From: Leucoraja ocellata
Lineage: Eukaryota
Length of the DNA: 64,000 bases
Direction: 5' to 3'
Assembly (NCBI GenBank): GCA_036785375.1
Contig: JAWMAR010000058.1
Coordinates: forward strand, 6,820,001 to 6,884,000
Both the position numbers and the translations under genes were made by a program. This document shows, one piece after another, positions 23,431-37,174 of this stretch. Position 1 is the stretch's first letter. Every line of letters starts with the position of its first letter. The notes beneath the pieces were generated by a model. It was not told the origin of the DNA and did no database searches. It saw only the letters and a program-made list of their open reading frames with translations.

Positions 23431-25259
23431 AACACATACCATTCAGTGCCAACCTCCTTTCCCCAACTTCATTGCTCTCTGTCAATAGAACCTTCTATTT
23501 GTTTCTCCTTCATATATTCCATTCCCACCAACACATTGCACCTGCTTTTCAAAGCACTCTACTCTGAAGTGGTCTGCTTCAGGGAAATATTAGTGACTAA
23601 CACTTTCGTTCTAAGTTCCCTGTAGGCGGCTGTAGCTTCCCTGCAATTTCCCCGTTGAATCTTGTTGAAATATTACAGATCTCCTTGAGTTTAGCACTGA
23701 GAGTTGCAGTCTCTCCCATATTCCCTGATCGGTATCCACTCTCCGTTTTTCTTTGACTACCAGTAGGCAGCAGGTAATATCTATACATTTCTCCTGGTGC
23801 TCTTTTCCATTTTCAACATCCCAAATGCAATATCACCCACCCTCTCTCTGTTTTCCAGATGCAGTATTGAATTCAATGTTTCAATACTGGCCAATCTGCT
23901 GTAGGTTATCAATCTAGCAATCTATAATATGAATCCAATTCTTTCCTCTCCTGATTTGTAAGATATTTCTGCTTCCAATTTCATTGCTCTGGGCTACACT
24001 GCACAATTCCTGCATGTTGATTTGTTTTCTCTTCATCTAACTGTTCCCATTCATTTGTTAACCAGATGGCTTCATCAATTGTTTATCCCCATGGCAACCT
24101 TGTCCTCACACTATCAAATATATTCCCTTTGTCCTAAACAACTCTCCTCACGCTCTTTACAACTTTCTTTCATTCCCAGTGGTCCATGGCCGATCATTTA
24201 CCGGAAATGCTAACTCTTTCTTCACAGGGGCTGCCTGACCTGCTGGATGTTTCCACCATTTTCTGTTTTCGCTCCATCACCGCGAGGGTCAAATGGAGGA
24301 GAAAATGGACCTCACCCTGTGCTGAATATGTGACGTGTGTAGAGCTTACACTGGATTAAGGAACAACGCACCCCTCCCCCACAAATAAAAATAAGGTCAT
24401 AGGTGAAGCTTTCCTTTTAAAAATGAGTGCTGCGTTAAAAGCTCTTGTCTGGAACTGTCTGCAAAGATCGCTACTGCATCATTGCAACTGGGTATTCATG
24501 GGAGAAGGGTCTCAGACAGGTCTCTCCATGCCGACCACAGAATAGCAGCATGACAGGTCAGCATAGAGATGAGGAAAGAAGGGGAAGAGAGGACGTGACT
24601 TCAGTGTGTAAGGCCACCCCACATCCCAATCAATCCTGTCTTACCCACAAGAGGTGCAAAAGCTACTCATTACTCTGCAGAGATATTAGTGTGTACTTCT
24701 ATTACACATATTTGCAATGAGCACTTGAGACTTAGGTATGTTCTGATAAATATGGAGCATGCAATTCACGGATGCAGATACAGTAGCTGTGTTGTAATGC
24801 CCCAGTGTGGGCCTCGTTCCTAAATATAGACAGAACAGTACAGGATGGGAACATGGTCTAGGGCCCTCAATGTCCATGCCGAACATGAAGCAAAACCTAT
24901 TCTGCTCTGCCTGGATCTATATCCCTCCATATTTTTTTCTTTGATTTCTTCAACTGTGCAAATATCACAGGAAAATAGTTAGCTCCTTAAGGACGAATCA
25001 TATTGACTGGAAAGGTCTGGTCCAAATTTCCCAATGGAAGCCATTGTGCAGGTCGTGTACAAAATGATTTTAGTATAAACACGGTGCTAGTCTCCAACTC
25101 CTCATCTACCATTGAGTCAATTTAGGCAAGTTACATGTTGAATTAGAGATTCATTTCACCACTCCAATTTTACCCACTCCTCACAGCAGCACCAATCCTC
25201 CACACTCCACAATCAGCGTGTGCAACCACACAGCAACAAGCTTCCACCTTCCTCTCATT

Positions 25260-25620
25260 GTCCCATCTTCTCTACATTGCACCACCCAGCCACACACCAC
25301 AAAAGACTGCACCACCCAGACCCACATTTCACCACCCATACACCCCACACACAGCATGACTCGCACACACACACTTCACACTGACCTACACACACCCTCC
25401 ACACTGACCCACACACACACCCTTCCCTACACACTGCTCCACACACAAACACACACACCCTACACACTGCACCACCCATAAACCCCTGCACCACACCCAG
25501 AGACGTTGCATCACCCATACCCCCATACATTGCACTATCCCACACCCCCTCCACATTTCACAACACACACATCCTCCACACTGTGCCACCCATGGACACA
25601 TTCTGCACCCTCACACTCCA
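25260..25620. repeat. CA/C-rich low-complexity tract
   Basis: Degenerate (CACAC)n. Confidence 0.85.
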
Positions 25621-27189
25621 GCCTTAATACTTCTTCCACCCCATAAATGACCCGGGTTCTAACTCCCGATATGATCCTTCCGGGACAGCCACTGAACCAG
25701 CATCACAACACTGGTATAGGCCAAGGATTGAGAGCTCATTCTCTGTCCATCAATTTTCCACACTGGGACATTTCTGGGTGGCTTGGAGCCTCTTACACCT
25801 GCCCAGACTGAAGGTGTTGGCCTTTGTCCCTTTCTCTCATGAGTGATGGGCAGCCGTCTAGTAACTGCCTCCTTAAATCTTCACACATCTCTCTCTTCTT
25901 GTGTAGTTGCTGTTCAAACCCTAACATCTAGTCAGAGGTCTTGCCGTAAAATTCTGTTTACTCATTGCTGTTGTGAAGAACATTGGAAATGTCAACGTTC
26001 TGCAACTATGTGTTACTGTGGCAGTAGTCTGGATCCCTGCTTCACTCCTGGGTAAGTTATGGTGTAGCTCCAGGGAAGTACCCAGGCCAACTCTACCCTG
26101 GGGGCAATTTGCATTTGGACTTCAAGCAATGGGCAGGAGGAAGGGATAGGTGGAAAATTGGAAGGGCCAACAGGACAGGCAGGCAGAGTGTGGGTAAAAG
26201 CTGAATCCTTGCTTCCATATATAGAAGGCGGAGTGGAAGTCCCGAAGCTACAAACGCAGAGGCTCCACTAAGCTTTTATCTCTCAGGCAGCCTCCCCCTA
26301 TAGCAAAAAAATCTCCACCTCTGGGCACTGCTGGGAGTAAAACCACAGCTGTTTTATTAAAGCCTTTTGCCATATTCTTTGAATATTTATGTTCATTAAT
26401 GTGGCAAAAAAAATGTGAGTAAAGTGAGTATTTGAGACATATCCAGTCAGGTAACGCAGACCAGGTTTCCTGGCGAGGATTGGCGTGTGGGTGGAGGATG
26501 CGTGGCTGGTAGGGGGGGTACAACCTTAAGGATGCCCCCACCCAGAATTGGCAGCCTTATTCTTACCCCAGAGTTGTTCTTCTTTTCAGTATCCCAGAGG
26601 TCCGACCCACAGGGACACTCCTAAAACAAAAAGAGCTATTTCCCAAGGGACCAAGAGTCACACACACCACCTTGTATGTGATTTGAAAGACTCAGTGTGG
26701 GACACAATCAGCTCTGACTCTACCCCCACTACTCACACTCATTGGGTGACAGATTGTGCTTTAATGAGTAATGGCAACCACCAGTTGGGAGCGATGAAAG
26801 AATACAGGTTTTCGCCAGTTATCCTGATTGATTCATTGGGAGGATTCTCAGCAATTATTTTTTTTCACAAACCAGTCATTTCCTTTAGTCATTGCCATTT
26901 CCCAATCTCCCGTCACCACTGACCCAGCTGCACCGTATGTCAGTGTGCGAATGCCTCTGTTATTTGTGGCTTCCACCAATTCCTTGGGTGCAAAGTGAGG
27001 CCAGTGTAAGAAGGCGGAGGGTAGATTTACGTTAAGTTCCACCAGGCTGCGCTGGGTCTTTTCCCAGGAAAGGGGGAGCCTCGCGGACGTGTTGCTAGTG
27101 GGGTGCAGGGGTTGACTCTCTGTCTTCATGTAACCACTTGTGGGGATAGATATCTCATGGGAGGTGGGTAGCATTCAGACAAATGGATA

Positions 27190-27540
27190 CAAGGAATTGT
27201 AGATGCTAGTTTACAAAAATAGACACAAAGCGCTGGAGTAATACAACGGGTCAGGCAGCATCTCTGGAGAATGTGGATAGGTATATTTTCGGGTCGGGAC
27301 CCTTCCTCAGACAGATTATGGTGGGCGGAGGAGAAAGCTGGAAGAGAGGACGGGCACGGCAACGCCTGGCGATGGATAGGCAGATAAAGGTGAGGGAGGG
27401 TTTAATTGGCAGATGGTTGGACAAAGGCCAAGATGAAAAGGCAAAAGATGAGAAAGGTAGAAATGGCTGTGAGTCTGGGTGGGGCACAGGGAACGGGGGT
27501 TGTATGTAGGTAGTTACCTAAAATTGGAGAATTCAATGTG
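27190..27540 (-). mobile_element. Penelope-like 3' fragment (ORF end, UTR, degenerate hammerhead)
   Basis: Minus strand ends ..IEFSNFR*; CTGAGGAAGGGTCCCGACCCGAAAA motif; conserved terminal tail. Confidence 0.8.
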
Positions 27541-27845
27541 AGGGGATATGGGGCTGAGGGTGAGGAGGTGTGCGGCTGGGAGTGTGACGGAATATGGAGC
27601 TGTGAGTGTGGGTGGATGTGGAGGCAGAGTGTGGGTGGATGTGGGGGCAGAGTGTGGGTGGTTGTGATATTGGGAGTGAGAGTGGATGTGGGATTGGGAG
27701 TGTGGGTGGATGTGGGGGCAGAGTGTGGGTGGATGTGAGGTTGTGAGATTATGGTATGTGAGGCCTTGAGAGTGAGGGATGTCGGGCTGGAGGTATGAGG
27801 AGATGTGGTGTTGAGGTGGAGTGGTCGTGGGAGGGGTGTGCTGGT
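27540..27845. repeat. GT-rich tandem-like repeat (GAGTGTGGGTGGATGTGGGGGCA)
   Basis: Several ~23-bp copies visible. Confidence 0.8.
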
Positions 27846-28729
27846 TGGAATGGCAGCCAGTTCATTGGGGGTCAGCGATGGAGCTCATCATGCCTTCATG
27901 TCAGGCTGGTTTGCTCCCGCTGTTGGTTCCCTGACTTCCCCTGACTCACGAGCTTCCCCGAGTGTCTCCCCTGCCTCCCCTCATGCCCCCATGCACACTC
28001 ACTAACCAGTGGATGCCAGCGAGTCCCTGCAGTCTTTCCCACAGGTTAGTCCTGCCTCATCTGCAGTTTCTTACTCACACAGTGTCCCATGGTGACACCA
28101 TCCCATTGCGCACTGGTTTATTGTACTTTGACAAAACCTCTGTGCCGTCCTGGGACATTTTTGCTTCAACAAAAGCAAGATATAAATGGAATGAAAATCA
28201 CAAAGATTGCCGAGCCTGGAAATCTGAAATAACAACAGAAGATGCTAGAAATACCCAGCAGGTCAAGCAATGTGGGATGCCGTCTGACATGCTGAGTCTT
28301 TCCAGCATTTTCTCCTTTCATTTTCTTACAAATTGAAGTAGTGTTGGCATTGCTGGTCATGGTGGAAACTAATATAGAATGAATCAAGCAAACAGGAAGC
28401 TTGTTTTTAAGGCTTGGGATCTTTAAAAGGATTGATAGCCACCAGTGCAAGTTTTGTTAAAATCAAATACTTGTTATTTCTGAGCCACAGACACAAAATC
28501 CAATCCAAATGCTACAAAAGCAGAACTCTCCAAAATTAACTCTTTTGCTTGGAAATTAATTCCCGGTCAATAGCAGTAGCACAATCCCGACATCTGGATT
28601 TCACTTTCTTTAGCTTCCAATTTTGGAGTCAGAATAATATACAGCCGTTACATTGAGCTCTGATAACCGGGGATATATTTCTAAGCAAGGAAGACTACAA
28701 TGTCTGTGGCAAGGCTGTAATGACATAAA

Positions 28730-28890
28730 TAATTGAAAATACTGGAAGCACTTAGCAGGTCAGACAAAGAGAAACAAAGTTAATATTTCAAGAGCATGCT
28801 CCTTTATCTCCCTCCACAGATGCTGCCTGACCTGCTGTGTGTTTCCAGCACTTCCTATTATTATTTCGGAGTTCCAGTATCTGCAGTTTT
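28730..28890. mobile_element. Old inverted-arm PLE-derived element (similar one at ~28205-28325)
   Basis: CTGGAAGCACTTAGCAGGTCAG / CTGACCTGCTGTGTGTTTCCAG arms. Confidence 0.7.
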
Positions 28891-29895
28891 CTGACATTTT
28901 CATTGACTGTAACTGGCCAACCCACTCAAATCTTGTTGAAAGGAACAAACCCTATGACGGTCACGTTCTGAATCACATAGGGTCTATGACCTGCCTCCCA
29001 TCAATGAAAGTAGCAAAGTTCATTCTCCTGTGTTATTCACTGGCAAAGGAGCTTCAGAAATGGCCTTTAGACATTCACTTTTAGGGGCAAGCAATAGTGC
29101 AGGATGTTAGACCACAGACAATGTATAACTTGGGAGAGTGCCCTTCAATTGTCAGAACAGGGGACGAAACTGAAGGTTCTCGATCTGAATCCATGCAGCA
29201 TGTGTAGTAAGATGGGGAAACTGATGGCACAGAGGGAAATAAGTGAATACTGTCCACTCTTCATTATGTAGTCATGTTTGCAATGTAATCATGCTTGGAA
29301 TGAAGTATTTTGTGATTCTTTGGGCAGCACAAGCAAAATGGAAGAGGTGGAAAGAGAGCTGTGACAACTAAGGAGGTGGAAAGCATCATAGCTCAGACAA
29401 ACCACCAGGCAGTGTGAGTGGAGTAGGAAAGAAGGGGCAACAGACACTGGTGAGAGTTGGCAGCAACCCCTTAACAGTGATAATGCAGAGCAGAGTGTAA
29501 ACAGGAAACCAGCGATAGATGTAACAATCATAATGCAGGGAAATATAAGTGATTCCAATCTATATATGGACAGACAATCCAAAATAATAGTAATTTTGTT
29601 AAAGGATAAATTAATAAAGAGCTCGTTTTCAAAACCGCTTTGTTGAGGAACCCATTGATGTCGGCTATTTCAAATCCAGTATTATGCAATGACAAAGGAT
29701 CAATGAATAATTTTCTAGTTAAGGGGTCATTAGGAGAAAGCGATCATAATATGATTGAATTTTATATTAACATTGAATGTGGTTTATTCCAATCCAAAAT
29801 CGTAGTCTTAAATCTGAAGAAATGATTCTACAAGGTATCAAGCAAAAATTGGCTGTAGTAGATTGGGAAATAATGTTAAAAGGAATGACAGTATA

Positions 29896-31472
29896 CAGTG
29901 CATTCAGAAAATATTCAGACCACTTCACCTTTTCCACATTTTGTTACATTACAGCCTTTTCTAAAATGGATTAAATTCTTTTTTTTTAATCTACACACAA
30001 TACCCCATAATAAAAAAGCGAAAACTGGTGTTTAGAAATTTTTGCCAAGTAATGAAAAAGAAATAACTGAAATATCACATTTACATAAATATTCAGATCC
30101 CTTGCGATGATACTCAAAATTGAGCTTAGGTGCATCCTATTTCCATTGATTACCCTTGAGATGTTTCTACAATTGATTGTAGTCCACCAGTGGTAAATTA
30201 AATTGATTGGACATGATTTGGAAAGGCACACCTGTCTATATAAGGCCCCACAGTTGACTGTGCATGTCAGAGCAAAAGCCAAGAAGATATTGGCTGTAGA
30301 CCTCCGAGACAGGATTGTGTTGAGACACAGATCTGGGGAAGGGTATAAAACAATTTTTGCAGCATTGTAGGTCTCAAAGAGCACTGTGGTTTCTGTCATT
30401 CTTAAATGGAAGAACCAGGACTCTTCATAGAGCTGGCTGCCTGGCCATTCTGAGCAATCGGGGGAGAAGGGCCTTGGTCTGGGAGGTGACCAAGAACCAG
30501 ATGGTCACTCTGACAGAGCTCCGGAGTTCCTCTGTGGAAATGGGAGAACCTTCCAGAAGGACAACTATATCTGCATCACTGCACCAATCAGGCCTTTATG
30601 AAAGAGTGGCCAGACGGAAGCCACTCCTCAGTAAAAGGCACATGACAACCCGCTTGGAGTTTGCCAAAAGGCACCTAAACAAGATTCTCTGGTCTGATGA
30701 AACCAAGATTGAACTCTTTGACCTGAATGCCAAGCTTCACGTCTGGAGGAAACCAGTCACCGCTCATCACCTGGCCAATACCACACCTATGGTGAAGTGT
30801 GATGGTGGCAGCATCATGTTATGGGGATGTTTTTCAGTGGCTGGAACTGGGAGACTAGCCAGGATTGAGGGAAAGATGAACGGAGCAAAGTACAGAGAGA
30901 TCCCTGATGAAAACCTGCTCCAGAGCATGCAGGACCTCAGACTGGGGCGGAGGTTCACTTTCCAACAGGACAACGACCCTAAGCACACAGCCAAGACAAC
31001 ACAGGTGTGGCTTTGTGACAAGTCTGTGAATGTCCTTTAGTGGCCCAGCCAGAGCCCATGATGAACCCGATCGAACATCTCTGGAGGACCTGAAAATAGC
31101 TGTGCACCGACGCTCCCCATCCTACCTGACAGAGCTTGAGAGGATCTGCAGAGAAGACTGGGAGAAATTATCCAAATACACTTGTGCCAAGCTTGTAGCG
31201 TCATACCCAAGAAGACTTGAGGCTGTAATCGCTGCCTAATGTGCCTCAAAGTACTGAGTAAAGGGTCTGAATACTTATGTAAACGTGATATTTCAGTTAT
31301 TTCTTTTTAATTATTTTGCAAATATTTCTACACACCTGTTTTCGCTTTTTTATTATGGGATATTGTGTGTAGATTGATGATGAAAAAAATAAATGTAATC
31401 AATTTTAGAATAAGGCTAATGTAACAAAATATGGAAAAGGTGAAGGGGTCTGATTACTTTCTGAATGCACTG
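29896..31472 (+). mobile_element. Full-length Tc1-family DNA transposon, IR/DR type (~1.58 kb)
   Basis: TA TSD at 29894-95 and 31473-74; ends CAGTGCATTCAGAAA..TTTCTGAATGCACTG; ~210-bp inverted repeats with inner and outer TATTCAGAC direct repeats. Confidence 0.97.
30280..31257 (+). pseudogene. Tc1 (DD34E-type) transposase pseudogene
   Basis: [64 protein letters not shown]; start codon lost, small deletions, stop at 31038-31040, frameshifts. Confidence 0.95.
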
Positions 31473-32597
31473 TATGTAACATATCCCCTTTAAGATCCAA
31501 AAACCCAACAAAAAAAATGGTTCAAGCAATCTAACAATGAAATTAATAATGGTATTACATTGAAGGAGAAGGCTTATAACATTGTCAAAACGTGTAGTAA
31601 GGCTGAGGGTTGGAAAGATTTCAGAATTCAGCAAAAGGAGGGACAGGTCAATGATTATAAAAGGGAATGTATTGAAATTTAGGAAGCAAGAGTGACAAAA
31701 CAAACAAAAAATTTGAATGTAGGTCCCTCATAGACTGAGGCTGAGAAATGATAATGGGGGGAAAAAGGAAATCACATCAATTTTAGAGAAGTATTTTATG
31801 CCTTCCAGGGAAGAAGACATAAAATATATTGCAGAAATATGTGAGAGTACTATGTCTAGAGAGAACGGGTTGCGGTAATAAATTAGCATTAGTGGGAAAA
31901 AAAGGCTGTGGAAAATTAATGGGGCTGAAAGTCAATAAATCCACGGGACCTGATGACCTGCACACCAGCTTTTAGACGGAGTTGAATATGGAAATAGATG
32001 ATGCACCAGTGGTCCATAGTTCCTGCAATGATTCCCACATAATACAGTTACCAAACATAATCTTTCTTTTTAAGAAAGTAGATCGAAAGAAAACATGGAA
32101 CCACAAACCAGTTATGCTGACGTCAAGAGCAGGGAAAAAGCTAGAATCTAATATTAGGGAAGAGACAACAGGGGACTTGGAAAATAATATTAGGCTTGAG
32201 CAGTCGTGAACGAGAAATTGCGTTTGGCAAATCTATTGGAGCTTTCTGAGTAGCAGGACAGCTAAGGGGGAACTGGTTTCAGAAAGCCTTTGGATAAAGT
32301 GCTAAAGGGGTTGATTAACGGACACAAAACAGAGGGCAAGACCAAATTATTAGGTTTGGAAGGTGTACTGGTGTGGGATGAGGGTGTCAGTGCTCAGGGA
32401 TGAGTGGTGGGGGTTCATAATCTATATTTGTGATTTGAATGAAAGGCCCAAGTATAATATATTCAAGACTGACTGATGATACAGAGTTGAGCAGCAGTGT
32501 AGACTGTCACAAGGTTGCCGAATGGTTTCAAGGGGATATTCACAGGCTGCATGAATTAGTGAAGGCAGATGTAATGTCGACCTTTATTGGAAGAGAA

Positions 32598-33042
32598 AAC
32601 TCAAAGCTCAACAGGTCAGACAACAACTCTGGAGGGCATGGATGGGTGACATTTCAGGTCAGGACCCTTCTTCAGACTAATTGTAGTAGGGAGAAGAAGT
32701 GAGGGCTGGACAAAGCCAGGCAGGTGATAGGTAGATACAGGTGAGGTGGGATTTTGTTGGCAGACGGGTGGACAAAGGCCAGAGATGATAATAAGACAAA
32801 AGGCTGTACGATAAGGAGAAGAGTGAAATGGGAACCCAGAGGAAGGGATATAGGTGGAAGGGGATGGGGTTGGCCGAAAGAGGGGCGGGATGGTGGGAGA
32901 AATGGGCGCACATATGGATGGGGGACAGGGAAGTGAGGGGGGGTAAACAGAGTTGCTATCCTGACCCGGCTGAGCTACACTGTTTTGTGTGTGTTTTTTA
33001 TTTTGTAAAACCAGCATCTGCAGTTTTTTTGTGTCTAAATTC
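32598..33042. mobile_element. PLE-derived insertion with inverted ends and 13-bp TSD, inside CR1
   Basis: TATTGGAAGAGAA at 32585-32597 and 33043-33055; minus-strand CTGAAGAAGGGTCCTGACCTGAAATGTC at ~32648-32675; opposite-orientation tail at ~32960-33036. Confidence 0.85.
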
Positions 33043-34729
33043 TATTGGAAGAGAATTCAAGTATGAGTAAAGATGTCTCGCTGCAATTACATCAGCTCCT
33101 GATGAGGCCGCACCTGGAATATTGTGTCTTGTTCCCCCACCAATGAAGAGATTAAATGGATTGTGTGTCTGTTTGGAAGAATAAGGTGTGATCTTATTAA
33201 AATATGCAAAATTCTTACAGGTCTTGGTAGGATAGATACAAGGATCTAATTTAATCTGGCTGCAATCTCTGGGACTCGGGGACAGAATATCAGAATAAGG
33301 AGTTGGTCATCCAGGACTGAGGTGAGAGGAAATATCTCCATCCAGAGAGTTCTGACATTTTCAACACTATTCAAGTAAGCTACAGAAACAGTCAGTGACT
33401 ATATTCAGAACAGCCTTTTGGATAGGAAGGAAATCAAGGGATATGGGATTGATGCAAGAAAATAGCTTTGAGGTATAAAATCAACCATGATATTGAATTA
33501 TGGAGCTGATATGGACTTAATGGTTTAATCCAGCTACTTTTCCTTATGTTTTATGTCTGATAAACGGGGACAGTGAATACTATTTTCTGACTTCAAGGCA
33601 CTATTATTGGTGAATATTACTTCAAATGTGCTCATTGTCAATGCTGAAGGATGGAGAAGCATTTTGTGACATGACCTTCGGTAGGACATTTTTTTAAAAA
33701 CAAAGTCAATTTAAAACATTTAGGATGATGTGAGGATGGCAGGTATTTCTTGTCATGATCAATAGACATGTCAATGCTGCTGCTGGAAAGTACTCTGCTT
33801 GACAAAAAGAAAAAAATATCATTCTTGCATCACAAAGATCGTTAAATCATTCCTGAGTGGGTTGACTATTGGGAGGGCAAAGGGCAAAGGGCACGGTAAG
33901 AATGAATGTGACCCAGTGAATGTCCAGAAATTCACCAATGCTCAGGAATAACTTGACTATCATGGCCTTGCATGAAAGCAGCTGATTAGTTGTGTTCTGC
34001 CCAGAGCTGTTCCAGGGGTCAAACCTCTTGAATACTTAGTTTAATGGCTTCCCCATCCCCCACCTTCACTCCCTCCACCCTAACGTTTAGAATCATCATT
34101 GTCAGACCCTCCATCGCTTTTTCTGTTCCCCTCACTCCCTCAAAATGTTTATTTGAACCGACTACTTTGATCAAGCTTCAAGATGAATTAAAATCAAAGG
34201 GGGCCACAGTGTCTCCTCTACATGTGCGAGACTACGCATAGACTAGGTGACCATCATGCCCAACAGTTGCCCTCGGTCTGCCATGACACACTGAAGCTGC
34301 TCATTGTTACCCATTTTAATTCTCCTTCCGATTCCCAAACTGACCTTTCTCTCTTTGGCCTGCTCCACTGCTAGTGCAAGGCCACACACAATCTGCAGGA
34401 ACAACACCTCGTATTCCGCTTGGGTAGCATACACCCCAATGACATGAGCATTTAATGTTACAATTTCAGATAATGGCCCCTCCTTATCTACCCAGCCCCA
34501 CCCACCTCTTGCCCAACTTCCATTCAATTACACCTGCCCCCCCCCCCCACCCAACCACCCAATTCCTTTCCCATCCTCCATCTACTCATCTTCCACTCCT
34601 CCTTACTCTAGTTCCCATATTTTCCTGTTCCAACTTCCCCCACCATAGTTCCTTTAGACCCACTATCACTCCCTCTAGTCCCCCACCTTTCCTATCAGAT
34701 TCCACCACCTGCACCCTTTTATCTTCTCC

Positions 34730-35218
34730 ACTGCAAGAAATTACAGAGATGTAGCCCAGCCATCATAGAGACCAGACTTCCCACCATTAACTCCATCTAC
34801 ACTTCCTTAGAAAAAGCAGCCAACATAATCAAAGACTTGTCCCACACTGGTCATTCCTTCTTCTCTCTGCTCCTGTCATGCAGAAGGTACAGAAGCTTGA
34901 AAGCGTACACCTCCAGATTCTGGAACTGCTTCTGCTCCTCCGTAATCAAGCTTCTGAACAGTCCTTCCATAAGCGAGGGTACTGTCTGATTCACCTCGAC
35001 CCCATTGGAGACATTAGACTTCATCTATGGAACTGATGCACTACAATGCTGAGAACTATATTCTGCACTGTGTCTTCTTCCTTTGCTCTACCTATGTACT
35101 TGAGTTTGACTTAATCGCATTCATCTATGATATGCATAAGTGATCTGTTTGGACAAGCATGCAAAACAAAGCTTTTCACTGTACCTCAGTACACGTGACA
35201 ACAATAATAAACCTAATC
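34730..35218 (+). mobile_element. Rex1/Babar 3' fragment
   Basis: KKLQR..AQ..LPTINSIY..KAANIIKD.SH.GHSFFSLL..RRYRSL; 3' end CTTTTCACTGTACCTCAGTACACGTGACAACAATAATAAA. Confidence 0.8.
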
Positions 35219-35327
35219 CTCCAGCCTTGGTTACTCTCCACCCATCTGGCCAATCTTCCCACACTTGCCATTAATGATCCACCCCTTCCCTCACCTCTCC
35301 CAGCTACCTCTACTCTACCCCATTAGT

Positions 35328-35355
35328 CTGAAGAACGGTCCTGATCTGAAACGTC
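35328..35355 (+). ncRNA. Minimal hammerhead ribozyme motif
   Basis: CTGAAGA-ACGGTCCTGATCT-GAAAC-GTC; core intact, stem II partly decayed. Confidence 0.55.
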
Positions 35356-36574
35356 ATCTGTCCATTTCCCATCACAGATGCTGCCCGACCCACGAAGATC
35401 CTGCAGCAGTTTGTTTTTGTCTCTAGAATCAAAGAGGAGTTGATAATGGCCATATGTGAGCAATAAGTTGCAGGTGCCGGCAGAATAAGAAGAGTGAGAG
35501 AAAGGATTGCTCGCTGAGACCCAATTGGTTGAATTACCTCTTCCTGTGTCAGATAACATTTGTAAGACAATTGGCCATTTTATTTAGAAAACAAAGCTTT
35601 TGCTGTTGGCTGTTTAAATGGACAATGAAATGAGGGCTGGCAGACAAATGTGGCTGCCTAACTGATGTCAATCACCCTCTCACATACCAACAGCAGAACT
35701 TGTATTTCATACTTTTCATACTTGAAGATCATAGGTACATTGCAGGAACATTGTTGGGAAACGTTTGATGGGCAGCCACCTAGAAAGGATGAGGACATGT
35801 CACTAATGGCTTGCTGGAGGAGAGAGATTTTGTGAAGGGTCTTAAAGAAAGAGAAAATGTCGAGAGGTGGGGGAGGGGGGATTTCACGGCCAGAGGTGTG
35901 GAGGTATTGCTGGGCAGCTGCTTGTAATGGTACGAAGGCCATGAGATCACACGAGAAGTTTCGACTCTGGAGCATAGAGATCCAGCAAAATTATAGGATG
36001 ATACAGATAAACAGGAGCTCAGACTTGGGGAGATTTAAACGCAAGAATGAAACATAGAAACTAGGTGCAGGAGGAGGCCATTCGGCCCTTCGAGCCAGCA
36101 CCGCTGCTCCCATTTGTCTTCTTCAAAATTTCAAAACTGCACATAAGGCAGGAAGTCCAATGGTTGGTTTATAACTCTGAAGGCATACATTCCAATATAT
36201 TGTTATTGAAATAGAAGAATAACTGTATAAGGCTCAACATTGATTTTTTTGGTTGTGGGATTGAAACTGATTGGATTCTGGGAAAAGGAGCACTCTGTAG
36301 CGTTTAGTTGCCTGCAGAGTGCCTGTGATATCAACCTCAGCTGGCTGTTTGGTACGCACACATCAAATAGAAATGCTTCCTGTCGCTGGCCAAGATCTCC
36401 TGCAGTAAGCCAATTAAAAAGAAGGAAATCATCTCTCGGCACCCACTGCAAGCCCTCCACTCAGACGTGAAAAATAACATTTTATCTGAAAACAATTAAA
36501 AAGAAACCCTGTGTAGGTTGCAGCTCGGATTAGTCAGCGAGATCAACAGGGGGTGGAAGCTTGAAATCGAGTGT

Positions 36575-36588
36575 GTTGCCATGGCAAC
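36575..36588. promoter_or_regulatory. Perfect palindromic RFX X-box
   Basis: GTTGCCATGGCAAC in non-repetitive sequence. Confidence 0.55.
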
Positions 36589-37174
36589 CTAGCATTGGAT
36601 CGAAGGTAAAGCAGGAAAGTAAGTGGCAGGCCCACATGTTCCCATCCCGAGGTTCCCAACCCTCCAGCATCTCAGGAGTGGAGGAGTTGTTTCAGCACCC
36701 TGGCACTAGCAGGGAGAAAGAGGTGCCGTGTGAGTTTCTTGCTACCAACTGAGGTACAACTGGTGACCAGGTAAATAGAATCAGTATAGATGGGGACTTA
36801 ATGGTCAGCATGGACATTATGGACAAGAGGGCTATTTGACTCCATAACACACTTAATGCTAGCGACCGAGCCCACATTCCTCCAAACTAACTCGCTGCCA
36901 ACATGTGAAGCTTGAGGTTGAGTGAAAGTGGGTTGATGTTGGATGGAGCTCTGCACAGCAATCACAGAGTAACAAACCCAGAAATGCGTCTGTGCAACAC
37001 CTGAAATCAGGGTTATGTGTAGATGACAACTGTGTCAATACAGCCTTGAGCAGGTTGCCTACATTGGAAAGGTTAGGTCCCAATTTGTTTGCTCCTGCTG
37101 CGTGGTTTTCACCTACCCTTGCACAGAACGGGGGACTAGAGTATCCTGGGTTATGGAAGAAAAGGTGACCCTGA

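Larger units (their letters stand above)
29500..33555 (+). mobile_element. Long decayed CR1 LINE (APE, RT and 3' UTR remnants) hosting Tc1 and PLE insertions
   Basis: LGESDHNMIEF (APE end), LKVNKSTGPDDLH, LFKK..R.K..N.KPV.LTS, DDTEL, RPHLEY and CR1 3' UTR occur in order. Confidence 0.85.
34255..35425 (+). mobile_element. Penelope-like 3' fragment (GIY-YIG C-terminus, UTR, hammerhead), interrupted by a Rex1 fragment
   Basis: HFNSPSDSQTDLSLFGLLHC..QEQHLVFRLGSIHPNDM..NFR* ending at 34473; terminal repeat at ~35325-35425. Confidence 0.85.

Noticed and set aside
30357-31040. 227-aa ORF as an active transposase
   Set aside because: No true start, internal deletions and a stop before the catalytic E; annotated as pseudogene
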